Below, one piece after another: positions 1 to 11,924 of a stretch of DNA of 64,000 nucleotides. Origin of the DNA: a virus (Duplodnaviria; Heunggongvirae; Uroviricota; Caudoviricetes); IMG/VR virus record IMGVR_UViG_2541047802_000007; one strand, given 5' to 3'. How positions within the stretch are numbered: the stretch's first letter is position 1; every line of letters starts with the position of its first letter. The notes under the pieces were generated by a model that did no database searches, was not told the DNA's origin, and saw nothing but the letters and a program-made list of their open reading frames with translations. The position numbers and the translations under genes are program-made.

Positions 1-2049
1 AAGGGGACAGTTATTGCCACGAGTCCAAGGGGCGCAAGCGCCCTGGTCGGCTGCCGCCTCCTGAATGTCAACGGCCTTACGAACCATTTTCCACTTCACC
101 GCATGAGTGCAGATCTTGCCCTCTGCAATGGGTGACCAGATGCCATAAATACGAATACCGTGATCGCCATAGGCGGTCGGCTCTTCGTTGATTTCATAAG
201 CGGTTCTGATGAGGTGATATTTGCGGGGAACCAGTACGCCGCCCTGCTTCATGATGTAGGTGGCAAAACAACCAGCATCAGCAGCGGCTAGGATGGCATC
301 AAGGCGCGGGTTATCCAGTACCGGCGCACCTGCTTTTTTGTCCCCCTGTTGCCTTGCCGCCTGACCAGCCAGCAATCGCAGTTCACGGTAAGCCTGACGC
401 CCCGGAATGCCAAAGAAGCGGAATTGCTGAACACGATGCAGAGACGCCCAGGCATTAACGTATTCAGCGTTATCACGCAGGGATTTACCCGTTTCCTTGC
501 TGATCTCGCCAGCCAGACCACGCCCGTCAATGTTCTTACTGATGTATTTCGCGATGTAGCTTGTTGGCGTACCTTTGCGCGGGTTTATCAGCTCAGACTT
601 AAAGCGTGGTTCCGTGTTATTACCCAGCTCCTCGCGGTCTTCACGAATGGCAAACTTACGCAACAAAGCAGTAATGGCGCGGCGATCTTTTTTGCGCATA
701 AAACACAACAGGTGCCAGTGAACTGTACCGTCATGATGCGGCTCAGCCACCCGCACGCCATACCAGCGTAATCCGGCTTTGTGCATCGCCTTACGAAATG
801 CAGCAAACATACCGACCAGATAATCACTGCTTTGTCTTACCGTCGCATTTGTCCAGGTCGGGTTGGGCCTGCCGTTATTTAGCGTGGAATGGAAACGTGA
901 CGGACAGGTGATGGTGTAGAAAACGGCGCAGTCACCGCGCATTTCCGCGATAAGCTCCAGACCTTTAACACAGGCCATCATCTCATTGCGGCGATGCGCA
1001 GGGTTGCTGCTGCTGGCGTTTACCACGTCTTCCATATCCAGCGTGTCGCCGTCTTCGTTCACCAGTTCATGAGAACGGAAAAACTCCAGCGACTTACGGC
1101 GCTGCTCACGTTTATGCATCACGGCTTCATAGCTGACATAGGGAGATGCTTTTTTGCTGACCAGGCAAACAGCACGCAACTGCTCTTCCCGCCATTCGCA
1201 ACGCATCTTCCATAATTTCCGATACCACCAGTCGGCGCATAACATACGCGCCAGCGAACCCGGAATGAGTTCATAAGGCACGGGTTTACGGCGGTTTCTT
1301 TTCCGACGGAGTTGCTCAAACGCAGGCGGGATAACATCCAGACGCAGGGTTTCCGCTGCCACCTTTTCCCATGTTTTGCGGATTTCTTCTGGCTTAATGT
1401 CATCGGTGGCATACAAATCACCACAAGCTGCATCAAGGCACATGCTCATATGCGCGGCGACAAGGGTAGACAGGCGCTTCACCTGATCCTGACTCATTTC
1501 AGGCAGGATCAGCAGGCCGTCCAGCCCTTCATGGCTTGCCATAAAGCGAAAAGAAGTGGATAGCTGACAGTCGCGTACATGCTCCAGTCGTTCCAGACAT
1601 GGCTTAATCGTCTCACGCAAATAGCGGGAATAAGCCTTTGGCCTGCCCAGGCTGCTGAAGTATTCAATACGTTGCATCAGCGGCTTGCTGATATGGGAAG
1701 GCTGGGCGTTAACGTCCGCCAGAATGACCATGTCTGGATTAAAACGCTGCTGCTCATGCGCCAGCTTTGCCCGGCTAATGAGCTTATCCTGCTCCATTTC
1801 GCGTTGGACAGGATCACGGGATTCATTAAAGAAATAACGCTCCCAGGCCTGATCACTCAGTGCCTCGCGGCGCAGCTGTTCCTGCTCGTTATCGGCAGCG
1901 TACAGAGTGATCAGGTTTGAAAGCGCAGAAACCGGCGCGACTTCCGCCGGGTCCAGATAAGGGTTAATGGCCTTTTTCGGGCTGTTCCATGAGAACGCTG
2001 CGGCAGCCTCGTTAAAGCCGCAGCAGTTGTTCATATCGGCATGACTCAT
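1..2049 (-). CDS. A: Phage replication initiation protein gpA-like, partial (3' end beyond window start)
   Basis: Mirror of 28089..30176; start codon region at 2041-2049 is revcomp of atgagtcat. Confidence 0.75.
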   Translation of the reverse strand, partial: MSHADMNNCCGFNEAAAAFSWNSPKKAINPYLDPAEVAPVSALSNLITLYAADNEQEQLRREALSDQAWERYFFNESRDPVQREMEQDKLISRAKLAHEQQRFNPDMVILADVNAQPSHISKPLMQRIEYFSSLGRPKAYSRYLRETIKPCLERLEHVRDCQLSTSFRFMASHEGLDGLLILPEMSQDQVKRLSTLVAAHMSMCLDAACGDLYATDDIKPEEIRKTWEKVAAETLRLDVIPPAFEQLRRKRNRRKPVPYELIPGSLARMLCADWWYRKLWKMRCEWREEQLRAVCLVSKKASPYVSYEAVMHKREQRRKSLEFFRSHELVNEDGDTLDMEDVVNASSSNPAHRRNEMMACVKGLELIAEMRGDCAVFYTITCPSRFHSTLNNGRPNPTWTNATVRQSSDYLVGMFAAFRKAMHKAGLRWYGVRVAEPHHDGTVHWHLLCFMRKKDRRAITALLRKFAIREDREELGNNTEPRFKSELINPRKGTPTSYIAKYISKNIDGRGLAGEISKETGKSLRDNAEYVNAWASLHRVQQFRFFGIPGRQAYRELRLLAGQAARQQGDKKAGAPVLDNPRLDAILAAADAGCFATYIMKQGGVLVPRKYHLIRTAYEINEEPTAYGDHGIRIYGIWSPIAEGKICTHAVKWKMVRKAVDIQEAAADQGACAPWTRGNNCPL

Positions 2050-2903
2050 GCACGTACTCCGTACACGGCTGAACTATCCACGCCACGCGAATAATCAAAT
2101 CCCACCCAGCAGCGTGTCCCGGAAACAGCGATGATTTCTGTTGCAGATTTACTCTCACCAGCTGCTACGCCGATGCTGCGTTTTGCCTTGATGTAGTGGT
2201 GAGTAAAATTGCGATACAGCGAACGGATCAGGGATGTGTCACTGTTAGAAACAATGACCGGATGTCCTTCTGATGACCGATGTTCAAGAAGGGATGCCAG
2301 GTGATACTGGTCATCTTCAGTGAAGCCGTCAGTGTGATAGTCGGAAAACGTACCGTCATAAGGCGGATCGCAATACACCACATCCCCCGCCTTCAACATC
2401 GCCAGCGTTTCATCAAAGCTGGCGCATATAAACGTTGCCCGCTGGGCTTTCTCTGCAAATGCGCGAATTTCTTTTTCAGGGAAATACGGATTTTTATAAT
2501 TACCGTACGGAATGTTGAAATGCCCGCTCTTGTTATAGCGACATAACCCACGGTAACCATGACGATTGAGATACAGGAAATATACCGCTTTCATGAAATC
2601 AGTAATTTCAATGGAGTAATTAAACTCCTGCCTTATGTTGTAATAAGCCACATCCCTGTTTGCTTCCTCAAATAAAGCTCTGGCACGAGATATAAACGCC
2701 TCGCAATCAGCAGCAACCTTTTTATAGAGGTTGATTAAATCAGGATTAATATCCGCAACAAGATAGCTGGGGTAATCCGTCTCCATCATCACAGCACAGG
2801 AACCCGCGAAAGGTTCAACCAGTCGCGAGCCAGCAGGAAGATGTTTTTTCAGTTCGGACATAATGGCGGTTTTATTTCCCGCCCATTTCAGGATGGTGCT
2901 CAT
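2046..2903 (-). CDS. dam: DNA adenine methyltransferase (Dam-like)
   Basis: Mirror of 27235..28092; [12 protein letters not shown]-terminus, FAGSCAV and DPPY motifs. Confidence 0.85.
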   Translation of the reverse strand: MSTILKWAGNKTAIMSELKKHLPAGSRLVEPFAGSCAVMMETDYPSYLVADINPDLINLYKKVAADCEAFISRARALFEEANRDVAYYNIRQEFNYSIEITDFMKAVYFLYLNRHGYRGLCRYNKSGHFNIPYGNYKNPYFPEKEIRAFAEKAQRATFICASFDETLAMLKAGDVVYCDPPYDGTFSDYHTDGFTEDDQYHLASLLEHRSSEGHPVIVSNSDTSLIRSLYRNFTHHYIKAKRSIGVAAGESKSATEIIAVSGTRCWVGFDYSRGVDSSAVYGVRA

Positions 2904-3127
2904 ACAACACCTCCGTTGTAATGTTTGCCTTTCAGCTCTGCGATTTCCTGACAGGTAATGCAAAGCTGCACTCCAGGAATGGCGCGGCGTCGTGCTGGCG
3001 GAATTGGCGCTTCACATTCAATACAAAGCACACGAGACACGCCCGGTGTTTTGGCACGGGCAGCACGGATATAGCGCTGGCGTTCTTCTTCAACGCGCTG
3101 CTGTACGAGATCCATTGCATCTGCCAT
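2900..3127 (-). CDS. TraR/DksA-type C4 zinc-finger protein
   Basis: CIECEAPIP...CITCQ four-Cys motif, 75 aa; mirror of 27011..27238. Confidence 0.6.
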   Translation of the reverse strand: MADAMDLVQQRVEEERQRYIRAARAKTPGVSRVLCIECEAPIPPARRRAIPGVQLCITCQEIAELKGKHYNGGVV

Positions 3128-3360
3128 TAGTGGATCTCCTGCGCTTCGTTCTGGATTGCTTCAGCAGTCACACGCAGCAGTTCTGCCGCTTCGACGTGGT
3201 TTAGCTGGCGGGATGTGATATGACACGCCAGGCTATCAAGGCGAGCTGCCATTGCTTCAGCCCTTGCCCGGCGTTCTTCCAGACGAGCCTCTGTCAGTAA
3301 AATATTAAGCCCTGCATCATCCGGTCCGGTTTTAGTCGTGAGGGTTTCAATATTACGCAT
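3127..3360 (-). CDS. Hypothetical phage protein
   Basis: ORF track; mirror of 26778..27011. Confidence 0.4.
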   Translation of the reverse strand: MRNIETLTTKTGPDDAGLNILLTEARLEERRARAEAMAARLDSLACHITSRQLNHVEAAELLRVTAEAIQNEAQEIH

Positions 3361-3427
3361 AATCAATTCTCCTGAATTTAGATAAAGGGATGCCCGGCGG
3401 GTTTACGCCATTAATTTCATTAGTTGC

Positions 3428-3769
3428 TTAATTCGGCATGGTTAGCCGTCTGGGAAATAAGCTCACCACTGCACGAAAATGATTCATTGCTTTAATCAAC
3501 TCCCGCTTTTCGTCAGTGGTCAGCTCATTAATGCTGATGCTATGACGTTCAGCTGGAATTTTTGCCATAAAGAATATGGCAGCCAGTGCTCGTTTATTTT
3601 GTTCGTTATTGATATCCCGTGGATCACGCATATCTTTAATAAACCGCTCAAGCTCTGACTCAATATTCAGGCCAAATACTTTCGCCCTTAACTCCGCAAT
3701 GTGATTAAGTCCATTCAGGCGTTCACCGGGGCTTAATGGAACAGTCGCCGCAGCGCCATTAATTGCCAT
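3428..3769 (-). CDS. Hypothetical phage protein
   Basis: ORF track 113 aa; mirror of 26369..26710. Confidence 0.45.
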   Translation of the reverse strand: MAINGAAATVPLSPGERLNGLNHIAELRAKVFGLNIESELERFIKDMRDPRDINNEQNKRALAAIFFMAKIPAERHSISINELTTDEKRELIKAMNHFRAVVSLFPRRLTMPN

Positions 3770-3791
3770 AATTCATATCCCCAAAACGCAA

Positions 3792-4016
3792 CTATCGTTC
3801 TTTGTTCTTACGGTAACGTTCAAGAGGAGATACATTTTTTCGTATCGTCTCTTTAACCTGCTCTCCCCGTAAAAACGTCCCATCCCTTAGCGTGAAAAAG
3901 TAACTGCCATCGCCCGACAACGACGGATAACAACAGAGCAAATCATCTTCAGGTACTGAATAACTCTCCCCTCTGTAACGAAACTGATAAACCACTTCAC
4001 TTTCCGCTGCATACAT
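3792..4016 (-). CDS. Hypothetical small phage protein
   Basis: ORF track 74 aa; overlaps neighbouring ORF in another frame. Confidence 0.3.
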   Translation of the reverse strand: MYAAESEVVYQFRYRGESYSVPEDDLLCCYPSLSGDGSYFFTLRDGTFLRGEQVKETIRKNVSPLERYRKNKER

Positions 4017-4183
4017 TTTGACTTTCTCCGTTTCCTCGTGGTCAATTCAGACAGCAATTCATCTTGTGAATGACATGGATGCCAGCGTTTACCATCCTCA
4101 CCCATGATCCAGCCGTGACCGTAGTGCATTGCCGGGCTTTGTTTTACCAGCAGCGATGCAAATGATGGTTCTTTCGTCAGCAT
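3887..4183 (-). CDS. Hypothetical small phage protein
   Basis: ORF with RBS-like gaggtg before internal ATG in right-arm copy. Confidence 0.3.
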   Translation of the reverse strand: MLTKEPSFASLLVKQSPAMHYGHGWIMGEDGKRWHPCHSQDELLSELTTRKRRKSKCMQRKVKWFISFVTEGRVIQYLKMICSVVIRRCRAMAVTFSR

Positions 4184-4190
4184 AAGCACC

Positions 4191-4700
4191 TCACAGCAAA
4201 CCGAATGAAGCACCGAGGCCAGTCACGGTATCAACTGCACTCACCATCGCAGGATTAGCCTGTAAACGGGCCTGCAATGAAACAGCCGCCAGCGCCATCA
4301 GTCGTGTTACAGAGTTAATGCTGCTGATAGCATCACGACGACCGGCACTAGTTTTTACATCACCAGATACCGCACCTGCTGCAACACGCCCGATCTCTGC
4401 AGTTGCGCTCATGACGTAATGCGGCAGTTTCTCTTTTGCCACCTCATTAATCGGTACACATGGCAGACAATGAATCTGTGCCAGAAAACCATCTACCAGC
4501 GTTGAATCTTCAGTCAGATCGGTAAGCAGCCAGATTTCTGGTGCGGTTAATAAATGAGGCTGAGCTGGGTTCAGCTTGTTCCGCAGAATCTGCACATTCA
4601 TGCCTGCACGTTCTGCCAGTTGCACCAGGTTGTGACGCAGTGCAAAAGCCCTACAGGCTTCATCGAAATGCGGATGTTTGGAAATCTTGTAATCAAACAT
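4191..4700 (-). CDS. cII: CII-like phage regulatory protein (186 family)
   Basis: 169 aa, position directly after apl in the early operon; mirror of 25438..25947. Confidence 0.65.
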   Translation of the reverse strand: MFDYKISKHPHFDEACRAFALRHNLVQLAERAGMNVQILRNKLNPAQPHLLTAPEIWLLTDLTEDSTLVDGFLAQIHCLPCVPINEVAKEKLPHYVMSATAEIGRVAAGAVSGDVKTSAGRRDAISSINSVTRLMALAAVSLQARLQANPAMVSAVDTVTGLGASFGLL

Positions 4701-4732
4701 GGTGCCCCCTTAGAAAGTTCCCATAATTGAAC

Positions 4733-4975
4733 TTACTTACCAACAATGACGCGGAAGTTGGAATGACCGAGGGATTCACGGACCTGATCAGTTTTGTACA
4801 TCAGATAACGAAGGCTTACGCGGCCTTTATTTTTTTCTTTCTTGACCATGTACTTAGCAAGTTGACCATGGTGAATTTTTTGGTAAACAGAGCCACGGGA
4901 AATGCCCTCCCACTCTGCGAACTCTGCAGGCGTAGCCATCTCTTTTGGTACACGAATTGAAATATCAGTACTCAT
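4733..4975 (-). CDS. apl: Apl/Cox-like small HTH excisionase-repressor
   Basis: 80 aa, first gene of rightward early operon opposite cI. Confidence 0.55.
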   Translation of the reverse strand: MSTDISIRVPKEMATPAEFAEWEGISRGSVYQKIHHGQLAKYMVKKEKNKGRVSLRYLMYKTDQVRESLGHSNFRVIVGK

Positions 4976-5096
4976 AGTGCAGTATCTCTTACTTTGTGTG
5001 CGTGTTAGTTCGTTTTAGCTCGTCTCTTTAACTCTCACATCAAGAGACACGAAGACATTACGATCTTGATTCAAGATTGTCAAATGGAGATTACCA
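4976..5096. promoter_or_regulatory. cI / apl switch region (divergent early promoters and operators)
   Basis: 121-bp intergenic region between divergent cI and apl with short inverted repeats (atcttgattcaagat). Confidence 0.4.
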
Positions 5097-5729
5097 ATGT
5101 TAAACATCAGAATGGGTTCCGATACGGGAGGTAAGGCAGCTATTGAGAGGCTGCTTGAGGCTTATGGATTCACAACTAAGCAGGCATTAAGCGAGCACCT
5201 GAATGTCTCAAAAAGTACTATGGCAAACAGAGTGTTACGTGACAGTTTTCCTGCTGACTGGATAATTCAGTGTGCACTAGAAACCGGTGTTTCGTTACTT
5301 TGGTTAGCCACTGGACAGGGAAGCATGAAAGAAGGATACGAGTCTGAGAAAAGATCTCATAACGAGAACAAACAAGCAATTAAACCGTTATCCAAACTCA
5401 TAACTCCATCTATTCCTAAAGGAACCTTGGAAAATGGACAACTCAGTATTGATGAAGAGATTTTCCTAGACCACAGCATATTACCTGCAGATTATGAAGA
5501 ATCGATGTTCTTAGAAACCCCTACTGATTGTTATCTCATCGATAAATCAGTTAAACAAGTCAGCAATGGATTCTGGCTTATCAATATTGATGGAATGATT
5601 ATTATTGCAAAAATCATGCGGATTCCCGGCAATAAGATTGTAGTAAATCAAGATGAAGCGTCTTTCGAGTGCTCTGCCGATGATGTGGAAGTTATTGGGC
5701 GTGCAGTCAAAGTAATAAAGAGTATCTAA
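5097..5729 (+). CDS. cI: CI-type immunity repressor
   Basis: 210 aa, N-terminal HTH-like region, adjacent to int and opposite apl. Confidence 0.7.
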   Translation: MLNIRMGSDTGGKAAIERLLEAYGFTTKQALSEHLNVSKSTMANRVLRDSFPADWIIQCALETGVSLLWLATGQGSMKEGYESEKRSHNENKQAIKPLSKLITPSIPKGTLENGQLSIDEEIFLDHSILPADYEESMFLETPTDCYLIDKSVKQVSNGFWLINIDGMIIIAKIMRIPGNKIVVNQDEASFECSADDVEVIGRAVKVIKSI

Positions 5730-5731
5730 AC

Positions 5732-6751
5732 ATGACTGTCAGAAAACAGCCAAACGGTAAATGGTTGTGCGAGTGCTATCCCAATGGACGCAATGGCAAG
5801 CGCGTGCGTAAGCAATTTGCTACGAAAGGCGAAGCCATTGCTTTTGAAAGCTTCACAATGGAAGAAGTGAACAAAAAACCATGGCTGGGGGAAAAGGAAG
5901 ATCGGCGACACCTATCAGAATTAATTGAGCAGTGGTATTCCCTGTATGGTCAAACACTCGCAGACCCCAAGCGCCTCATAGCGAAACTTAGAATTATCTG
6001 TAATGGTCTAGGCGATCCCATCGCTTCAGAACTGACAGCCGGTGACTTTACGAAATACCGCGAAGCACGGTTAAAAGGTGAAGTACGAAATGAAGATGGC
6101 ACGTTTATGTCGCCCGTTAAGCCCCGCACGGTAAACCTTGAACAGCGCAATCTATCATCTGTTTTTGGTACACTGAAAAAGCTGGGCCACTGGTCAGCCC
6201 CCAACCCGCTTGCTGGGCTGCCAACATTTAAAATTGCTGAGAGTGAATTGGCGTTCCTGACCCCGGAAGAAATTAAACGTCTGCTGGATGCCTGCGCCGA
6301 TTCTCAAAGCTCCAGCCTGCTTTTGATTGCAAAAATATGCCTGGCCACCGGCGCACGCTGGAGCGAAGCCGAAAACCTGCAGAGTCATCAGGTATCAAAA
6401 TACCGTATCACTTATACCAAGACCAAAGGCAAGAAAAACCGAACTGTGCCTATTTCTAAGGATTTATATGAAGAACTGCCTAAGAATAGGGGGAAGTTAT
6501 TCACCCCATGCAGAAAAGCCTTTGAGCGTGCAGTAAAGCGAGCCGGTTTAGAACTACCAGAAGGCCAATGTACCCATGTTCTGCGCCATACATTTGCCAG
6601 TCATTTTATGATGAACGGTGGAAATATACTGGTACTGCGCGATATTCTTGGACATGCCGATATAAAAATGACGATGATTTACGCTCATTTTTCCCCAGAT
6701 CATCTTGAAGATGCAGTAACTAAAAACCCATTAGCAACCTTGATGGATTAA
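5732..6751 (+). CDS. int: Tyrosine integrase (P2/186 family)
   Basis: 339 aa; C-terminal HxLRHT...Y catalytic region (VLRHTFASH, MIYAHF). Confidence 0.9.
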   Translation: MTVRKQPNGKWLCECYPNGRNGKRVRKQFATKGEAIAFESFTMEEVNKKPWLGEKEDRRHLSELIEQWYSLYGQTLADPKRLIAKLRIICNGLGDPIASELTAGDFTKYREARLKGEVRNEDGTFMSPVKPRTVNLEQRNLSSVFGTLKKLGHWSAPNPLAGLPTFKIAESELAFLTPEEIKRLLDACADSQSSSLLLIAKICLATGARWSEAENLQSHQVSKYRITYTKTKGKKNRTVPISKDLYEELPKNRGKLFTPCRKAFERAVKRAGLELPEGQCTHVLRHTFASHFMMNGGNILVLRDILGHADIKMTMIYAHFSPDHLEDAVTKNPLATLMD

Positions 6752-6755
6752 GCAC

Positions 6756-7979
6756 ATGCGCAACATTATCGAATTAGAACAGATATCGGAAGAACTAAAA
6801 AAACATGAACTATTGCAACCCCCATTCATTGCCGAGGGAAAACTAATTTCTGACTTTTCTAAGAGAGTCGAGTGCTATTTAGAATTAATTGACTCCATTA
6901 GAAATAAATATCCTGACAACGAGATAATTAAACAAGTAAAGATTCGCACAAAATCAATAATATATTTATCTGATAAAATAATAGAAACTCTTAAGCTATT
7001 TTTAATAGGAAATGTTAAAGAAGCTTATAAAAAATTCGATTTGGCAATTACCAAGTCATCAATGCATACTCATCTTTATAAGATGACTGTTCCTCTAACT
7101 AAATTATGCAACCCACACACCCCTTTATTTCGCGTAAGGAAAAGTGAGTGCATCCTAAAACAAAGAGAAGAATTATTTCATATACCATTTAAAAATAGAC
7201 ATTTAGTTAGCGCACAAAGATTTTCTGTATCCGGTCTTCCATGTTTATATCTTGGAACATCAATATTTGTATGTTGGCAAGAAATGGGAAAACCTGACTT
7301 TGATAAACTTTACATATCTTCCTTCATATCCGATAAAGAAAATTCAAATATAAGAATTTTAGATCTTGGGTACAATTTAACATCTGCACTTCGTACAAAA
7401 CCGGGAGATCTTTGGTATTCATTCGAACAAGGTTCAGATGATGATTACGATCTAAATAATGATAATTTCATGGATCAAATTAATGATAAAATTTCAAAGT
7501 TGATTGCATGGCCTTTAGTCCTTGCATGTAACTATACAAAAGATAATGAAAACGCAAGTTTTAATAAAGAATACATAATACCAAACCTATTAATGCAATG
7601 GATTAGTAGTGACAGAAACAAAAATATATCAGGGATATCGTATCGATCAACAAAGATATTAAACCAAAAAGATAGCGATATTGGGATTAATGTAATTATC
7701 CCCCCAAAAATAGAAAACATAGTTGAAACCAATGATACCCACTGTCCTGTTTTAAAAAAAATATTTAGAGTTACAAACCCTGTTTCCTGGACTGTGTTTA
7801 GTACACTAGAAGCCACCCCCTATCTATACAAAAATAATTTTAATTTTTCGACCTATAATCCCGCAAAAGGATGGATTGAAGACTTTGATGAATCCCTTGT
7901 TGAACATTATGAAAATACCACTTTTAGAAAAGTTGAACTCCTTATTCATCAAATGATGAAGTATGAATATTTAAAATAA
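6756..7979 (+). CDS. AT-rich cargo protein with RES-domain-like motif
   Basis: 407 aa; QRFSVSGLPCLYLGTSIFVCWQE resembles RES Arg-Glu-Ser signature; sits between int and att. Confidence 0.45.
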   Translation: MRNIIELEQISEELKKHELLQPPFIAEGKLISDFSKRVECYLELIDSIRNKYPDNEIIKQVKIRTKSIIYLSDKIIETLKLFLIGNVKEAYKKFDLAITKSSMHTHLYKMTVPLTKLCNPHTPLFRVRKSECILKQREELFHIPFKNRHLVSAQRFSVSGLPCLYLGTSIFVCWQEMGKPDFDKLYISSFISDKENSNIRILDLGYNLTSALRTKPGDLWYSFEQGSDDDYDLNNDNFMDQINDKISKLIAWPLVLACNYTKDNENASFNKEYIIPNLLMQWISSDRNKNISGISYRSTKILNQKDSDIGINVIIPPKIENIVETNDTHCPVLKKIFRVTNPVSWTVFSTLEATPYLYKNNFNFSTYNPAKGWIEDFDESLVEHYENTTFRKVELLIHQMMKYEYLK

Positions 7980-8095
7980 GAGTGGCGGCATAATGGCGGC
8001 AAAGAGTTAAAAACACATAAAACAAGGTAATACATCGTAAACTTAAGTGATTGAAAATTAACATAAATAGTTGTTTTGCAACATGTTATAATGGT

Positions 8096-8140
8096 ATGTA
8101 GGAATTTCGGACGCGGGTTCAACTCCCGCCAGCTCCACCA
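8096..8140 (+). other. ssrA: ssrA (tmRNA) 3'-end fragment ending CCA = prophage att core
   Basis: atgtaggaatttcggacgcgggttcaactcccgccagctccacca matches tmRNA 3' end; upstream tmRNA body absent. Confidence 0.8.
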
Positions 8141-8267
8141 ATCATGATTGGACGGTGTAAGGACAACACCAACAAAAACAGGAAGTTAGAAGTCTCAGCA
8201 GGACACCGACCAGACGGTGAGGAGACATAAAAGGATACGCAAAGGAGCCGCGGCTCCGAAGTGAAAT

Positions 8268-8293
8268 GAAAGCCCGCTGATGCGGGCTTTTTT
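8268..8293 (+). terminator. Rho-independent terminator
   Basis: gcccgc-tgat-gcgggc hairpin followed by T6. Confidence 0.5.
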
Positions 8294-8525
8294 GCTTCTT
8301 CTCTTTAGCCTGATTCGACACTCTCAATGCGGCCATAAACAACAACCCACTTTTCTTATACCGTAGCCTGTCCCCCTCTTCCTGCTTTCTAACCATAACA
8401 GATGTGAGCGTTTGCTATGAGCGATATATAGTCATTCGTACCCTCCGATACTAATCATCACAGAAATTAATATATTCATTCCTTACTGAAAAGCTATGAA
8501 GTAGATATATAGGATTGGGGCGCGT

Positions 8526-8723
8526 ATGGCACTGGACAGTTATGCATCTCCGAATATTATTCCGGAGCTAAGACAACCGAATGCCGCAGCAGGTAAGATC
8601 ACGCTAGGGGGGCTGGACAGAATGGCTGTTACGCCCAGTGTGAAGAAAAGAAGGCTAAGTATGGTAGAATTTCCATACGCACAGACCTTGTTATCCGACT
8701 ATACAGCCTGGAAGGCACTATGA
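8526..8723 (+). CDS. Hypothetical small protein, 4-nt overlap with next gene
   Basis: ORF track 65 aa. Confidence 0.3.
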   Translation: MALDSYASPNIIPELRQPNAAAGKITLGGLDRMAVTPSVKKRRLSMVEFPYAQTLLSDYTAWKAL

Positions 8724-9508
8724 CAAATCTACAACTGGAAGAAAGATTTAGGGCGCTTGAGAAAGATTACGATGCGCTCATTTCCACAAAATATACTGCG
8801 CAGAACGTTCTCACTCACACTATGGAAACCTATGTTGATTCTGGTAAATATAAAAACTGGATCGCCAGAGTGAAAAAGTTAATAGAGGACAGCTACGGAA
8901 AAGAGTCTGATTATTACAATGACTTCAATACTGTAAACAGCAGGTGGTCTTCTAATTACAATACACTGATCAAAAGTTATAAACCGTTGTTTGATGCGGC
9001 GAGAGATGATCTTGCGCACTCTGCTGTCAGTACTAATACTCCTCAAGAAGGTTCGCCGCTGAGCCTCGTACTTAATATTCTTAACAGGTTTCCGACCTTT
9101 GTTCGCCAGTTAAAGAGGCGGTACAACGGCCGTGCGCCGCTTGAAGTTAATGATGAGTATGACGTACAGGATTTGATTTATGCACTGCTGACGCTTCATT
9201 TTAATGATATTAGGGCGGAAGAGTATACCCCCAGCTTTGCGGGCGCGGCCTCAAGACAGGACTTTCTTTTGAAAAAAGAGAAAATTGTGATAGAGGTGAA
9301 GAAAACCCGTGAATCTCTGGGAGCGGGTAAAGTTGGTGGAGAGTTGCTTATTGATATGGCGCGCTACCGCGCTCACCAAGACTGCGATACGTTGATCTTG
9401 TTTGTATATGACCCGGATTGCTACATAAATAATCCTTTGGGCGTGAAAACCGATCTGGAATCTAAAGACGCGGAAGGAAAAGTGAAGGTTGTTATTGCGC
9501 AGTTCTGA
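8720..9508 (+). CDS. Hypothetical protein with PD-(D/E)xK-like nuclease motif
   Basis: 262 aa; C-terminal D...IVIEVKK pattern. Confidence 0.45.
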   Translation: MTNLQLEERFRALEKDYDALISTKYTAQNVLTHTMETYVDSGKYKNWIARVKKLIEDSYGKESDYYNDFNTVNSRWSSNYNTLIKSYKPLFDAARDDLAHSAVSTNTPQEGSPLSLVLNILNRFPTFVRQLKRRYNGRAPLEVNDEYDVQDLIYALLTLHFNDIRAEEYTPSFAGAASRQDFLLKKEKIVIEVKKTRESLGAGKVGGELLIDMARYRAHQDCDTLILFVYDPDCYINNPLGVKTDLESKDAEGKVKVVIAQF

Positions 9509-9595
9509 CACGCTTAAGTGTCACCTTACAGGATTAGGTTTGCGGCCGTGCCAGCAGGACGAGCATGAAAAAGGCCGCTGGCACGGCCGGATTTG

Positions 9596-9889
9596 TCATC
9601 TTTGCCAGGTCAAATCAAAATCTACGTGAAAATCCGCAGGCTTAAGCTCGCAACTGCCACCACGCCCAATTAACGACGTTATGTTTACAACGTTTGAACC
9701 TGTTGAGATGGCAAGTTGAGTGTCATCTGTAAACGTGATGATTAGCATTTCAGTCTGATGAACCTGTACTCCAGTTTTCTGAAAACCAATCTGGACAGAT
9801 TTCACCGTTTTCCCAACCATTTCACGGGCTTGATTGATAGAGTAATTAGCTTCAACTTGTAGGTCATTCCTGAACTTGGGTAGTGTCAT
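9596..9889 (-). CDS. Hypothetical small protein
   Basis: ORF track 97 aa. Confidence 0.35.
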   Translation of the reverse strand: MTLPKFRNDLQVEANYSINQAREMVGKTVKSVQIGFQKTGVQVHQTEMLIITFTDDTQLAISTGSNVVNITSLIGRGGSCELKPADFHVDFDLTWQR

Positions 9890-10099
9890 TTTACATCCTC
9901 TTTAGTGAAGTTTTCGCTATTTAAATCAGCAGCATTCCTTTTAAATCACTGGCATGTCAGCAGTGGATAGTCTGAGTGTAACGTCCAGTGAGGGGAATAA
10001 ATATTGGTCAGACTTTGCACAAAAGAGCCAACTATCGCGGGCTCTCTCTCATCATGTGCGAAAATTGACCACAATATGAAATCCAGTTCCATTCCGAAA

Positions 10100-10924
<825 letters not shown>

Positions 10925-11034
10925 TCAATTGACAACTTATAATCCCTACTAGTTAGCATTATGATTTCCAGAGTGAGGAATATAAAAATCTCTGTTTCTG
11001 GCACATAACAGCCCTTAAGATCGTAGCTCGCCAT

Positions 11035-11080
11035 CATGGGGTGTCGGGGGGCGGAGGTTCAAATCCTCTCGTGCCGACCA
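11035..11080 (+). other. tRNA-Pro (proL-like) 3' fragment ending CCA; probable att-site remnant
   Basis: catggggtgtcggggggcggaggttcaaatcctctcgtgccgacca matches 3' portion of tRNA-Pro; 5' half missing. Confidence 0.65.
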
Positions 11081-11092
11081 AAAATCCCTTAA

Positions 11093-11121
11093 GAACCAGC
11101 CTATTATGGCTGGTTTTTTTA
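11093..11121 (+). terminator. Rho-independent terminator after tRNA-Pro fragment
   Basis: aaccagcc-tattatg-gctggtt hairpin then T-run. Confidence 0.55.
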
Positions 11122-11288
11122 TGATTGTTTTTTATGCGGAGAAATACCGGGGAATAATTGGGGTAAAACACCTTTAGGCTATTCACTTAGCCTACCACCA
11201 TCAAAATCTTTCCGAATGTATCCATCTCTTTTTTCTTATGCAGCTAAAACGAAGTCTTGATACTGTTTATTTACACAGATAAGAATAA

Positions 11289-11308
11289 TACTGTCTACAA
11301 ACGCAGTA
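11289..11308. promoter_or_regulatory. LexA-box-like sequence
   Basis: tactgtctacaaacgcagta = CTGT-N8-GCAG, one mismatch from CTGT-N8-ACAG. Confidence 0.35.
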
Positions 11309-11321
11309 CAAAAGAAGTGTT

Positions 11322-11500
11322 ATGCGTATTGAGATCTCCATAGCCAAAGACAAAATGACCAAATGCCAAACGGCGCTGTGGACGCGTTAAAGGAAGAATT
11401 AACCCAACACATTGGCAAGCGTTATGACGATGTGGAGATGATCGTAAAAGCCACCAGCAACGATAGTTTTTCAGTTAGACATACTGCAGATAAAGATTGA
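11322..11500 (+). pseudogene. dinI-like gene disrupted by frameshift
   Basis: [11 protein letters not shown] in one frame, ...[25 protein letters not shown]... in another; both halves DinI-like. Confidence 0.4.
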
Positions 11501-11924
11501 GCTAAAACTTTCGTTCAGGAAACTCTGAATGATACCTGAGAGTCTACTGAAGAGTTGTTTGTTCACTAGTTAGCACGTAGGAAATCATTCAATACTCGCA
11601 CTATCGGAAGTTCACCAGCCAGTCGTAGCACGTCCTTGCAAACGACGTGCCTACGGTTTCAATCACCTCTCACCATCAATTCTATCAATAATAATTAAAC
11701 AGCGCCTAGACAAAATAAATAACAACAAGTCAACAACCTCGACAGGATGCCGATGGGATGATGAAGAGATAAGAAAGAATAACCAGTAAAGCCCTAAAAC
11801 GTCAGCGTTCAGACGCGTTTTTTACTTAATCGGTAACAAATACGTTGTATCATAGCAAAATAAAATGATTGTTCTAAATCAGATTAACTCCTCACTTTTG
11901 TACAATGTCGCTTACAGGTATACC

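Larger units (their letters stand above)
1..8140. mobile_element. 186/P2-like prophage segment, inverted duplicate copy (A-dam-cII-apl-cI-int-cargo-att), cut by window start
   Basis: Mirror of 21998..30137; same gene content. Confidence 0.7.

Noticed and set aside
11035-11080. Complete tRNA-Pro gene
   Set aside because: Only the 3' portion matches; upstream sequence cannot form the acceptor stem or D-arm.
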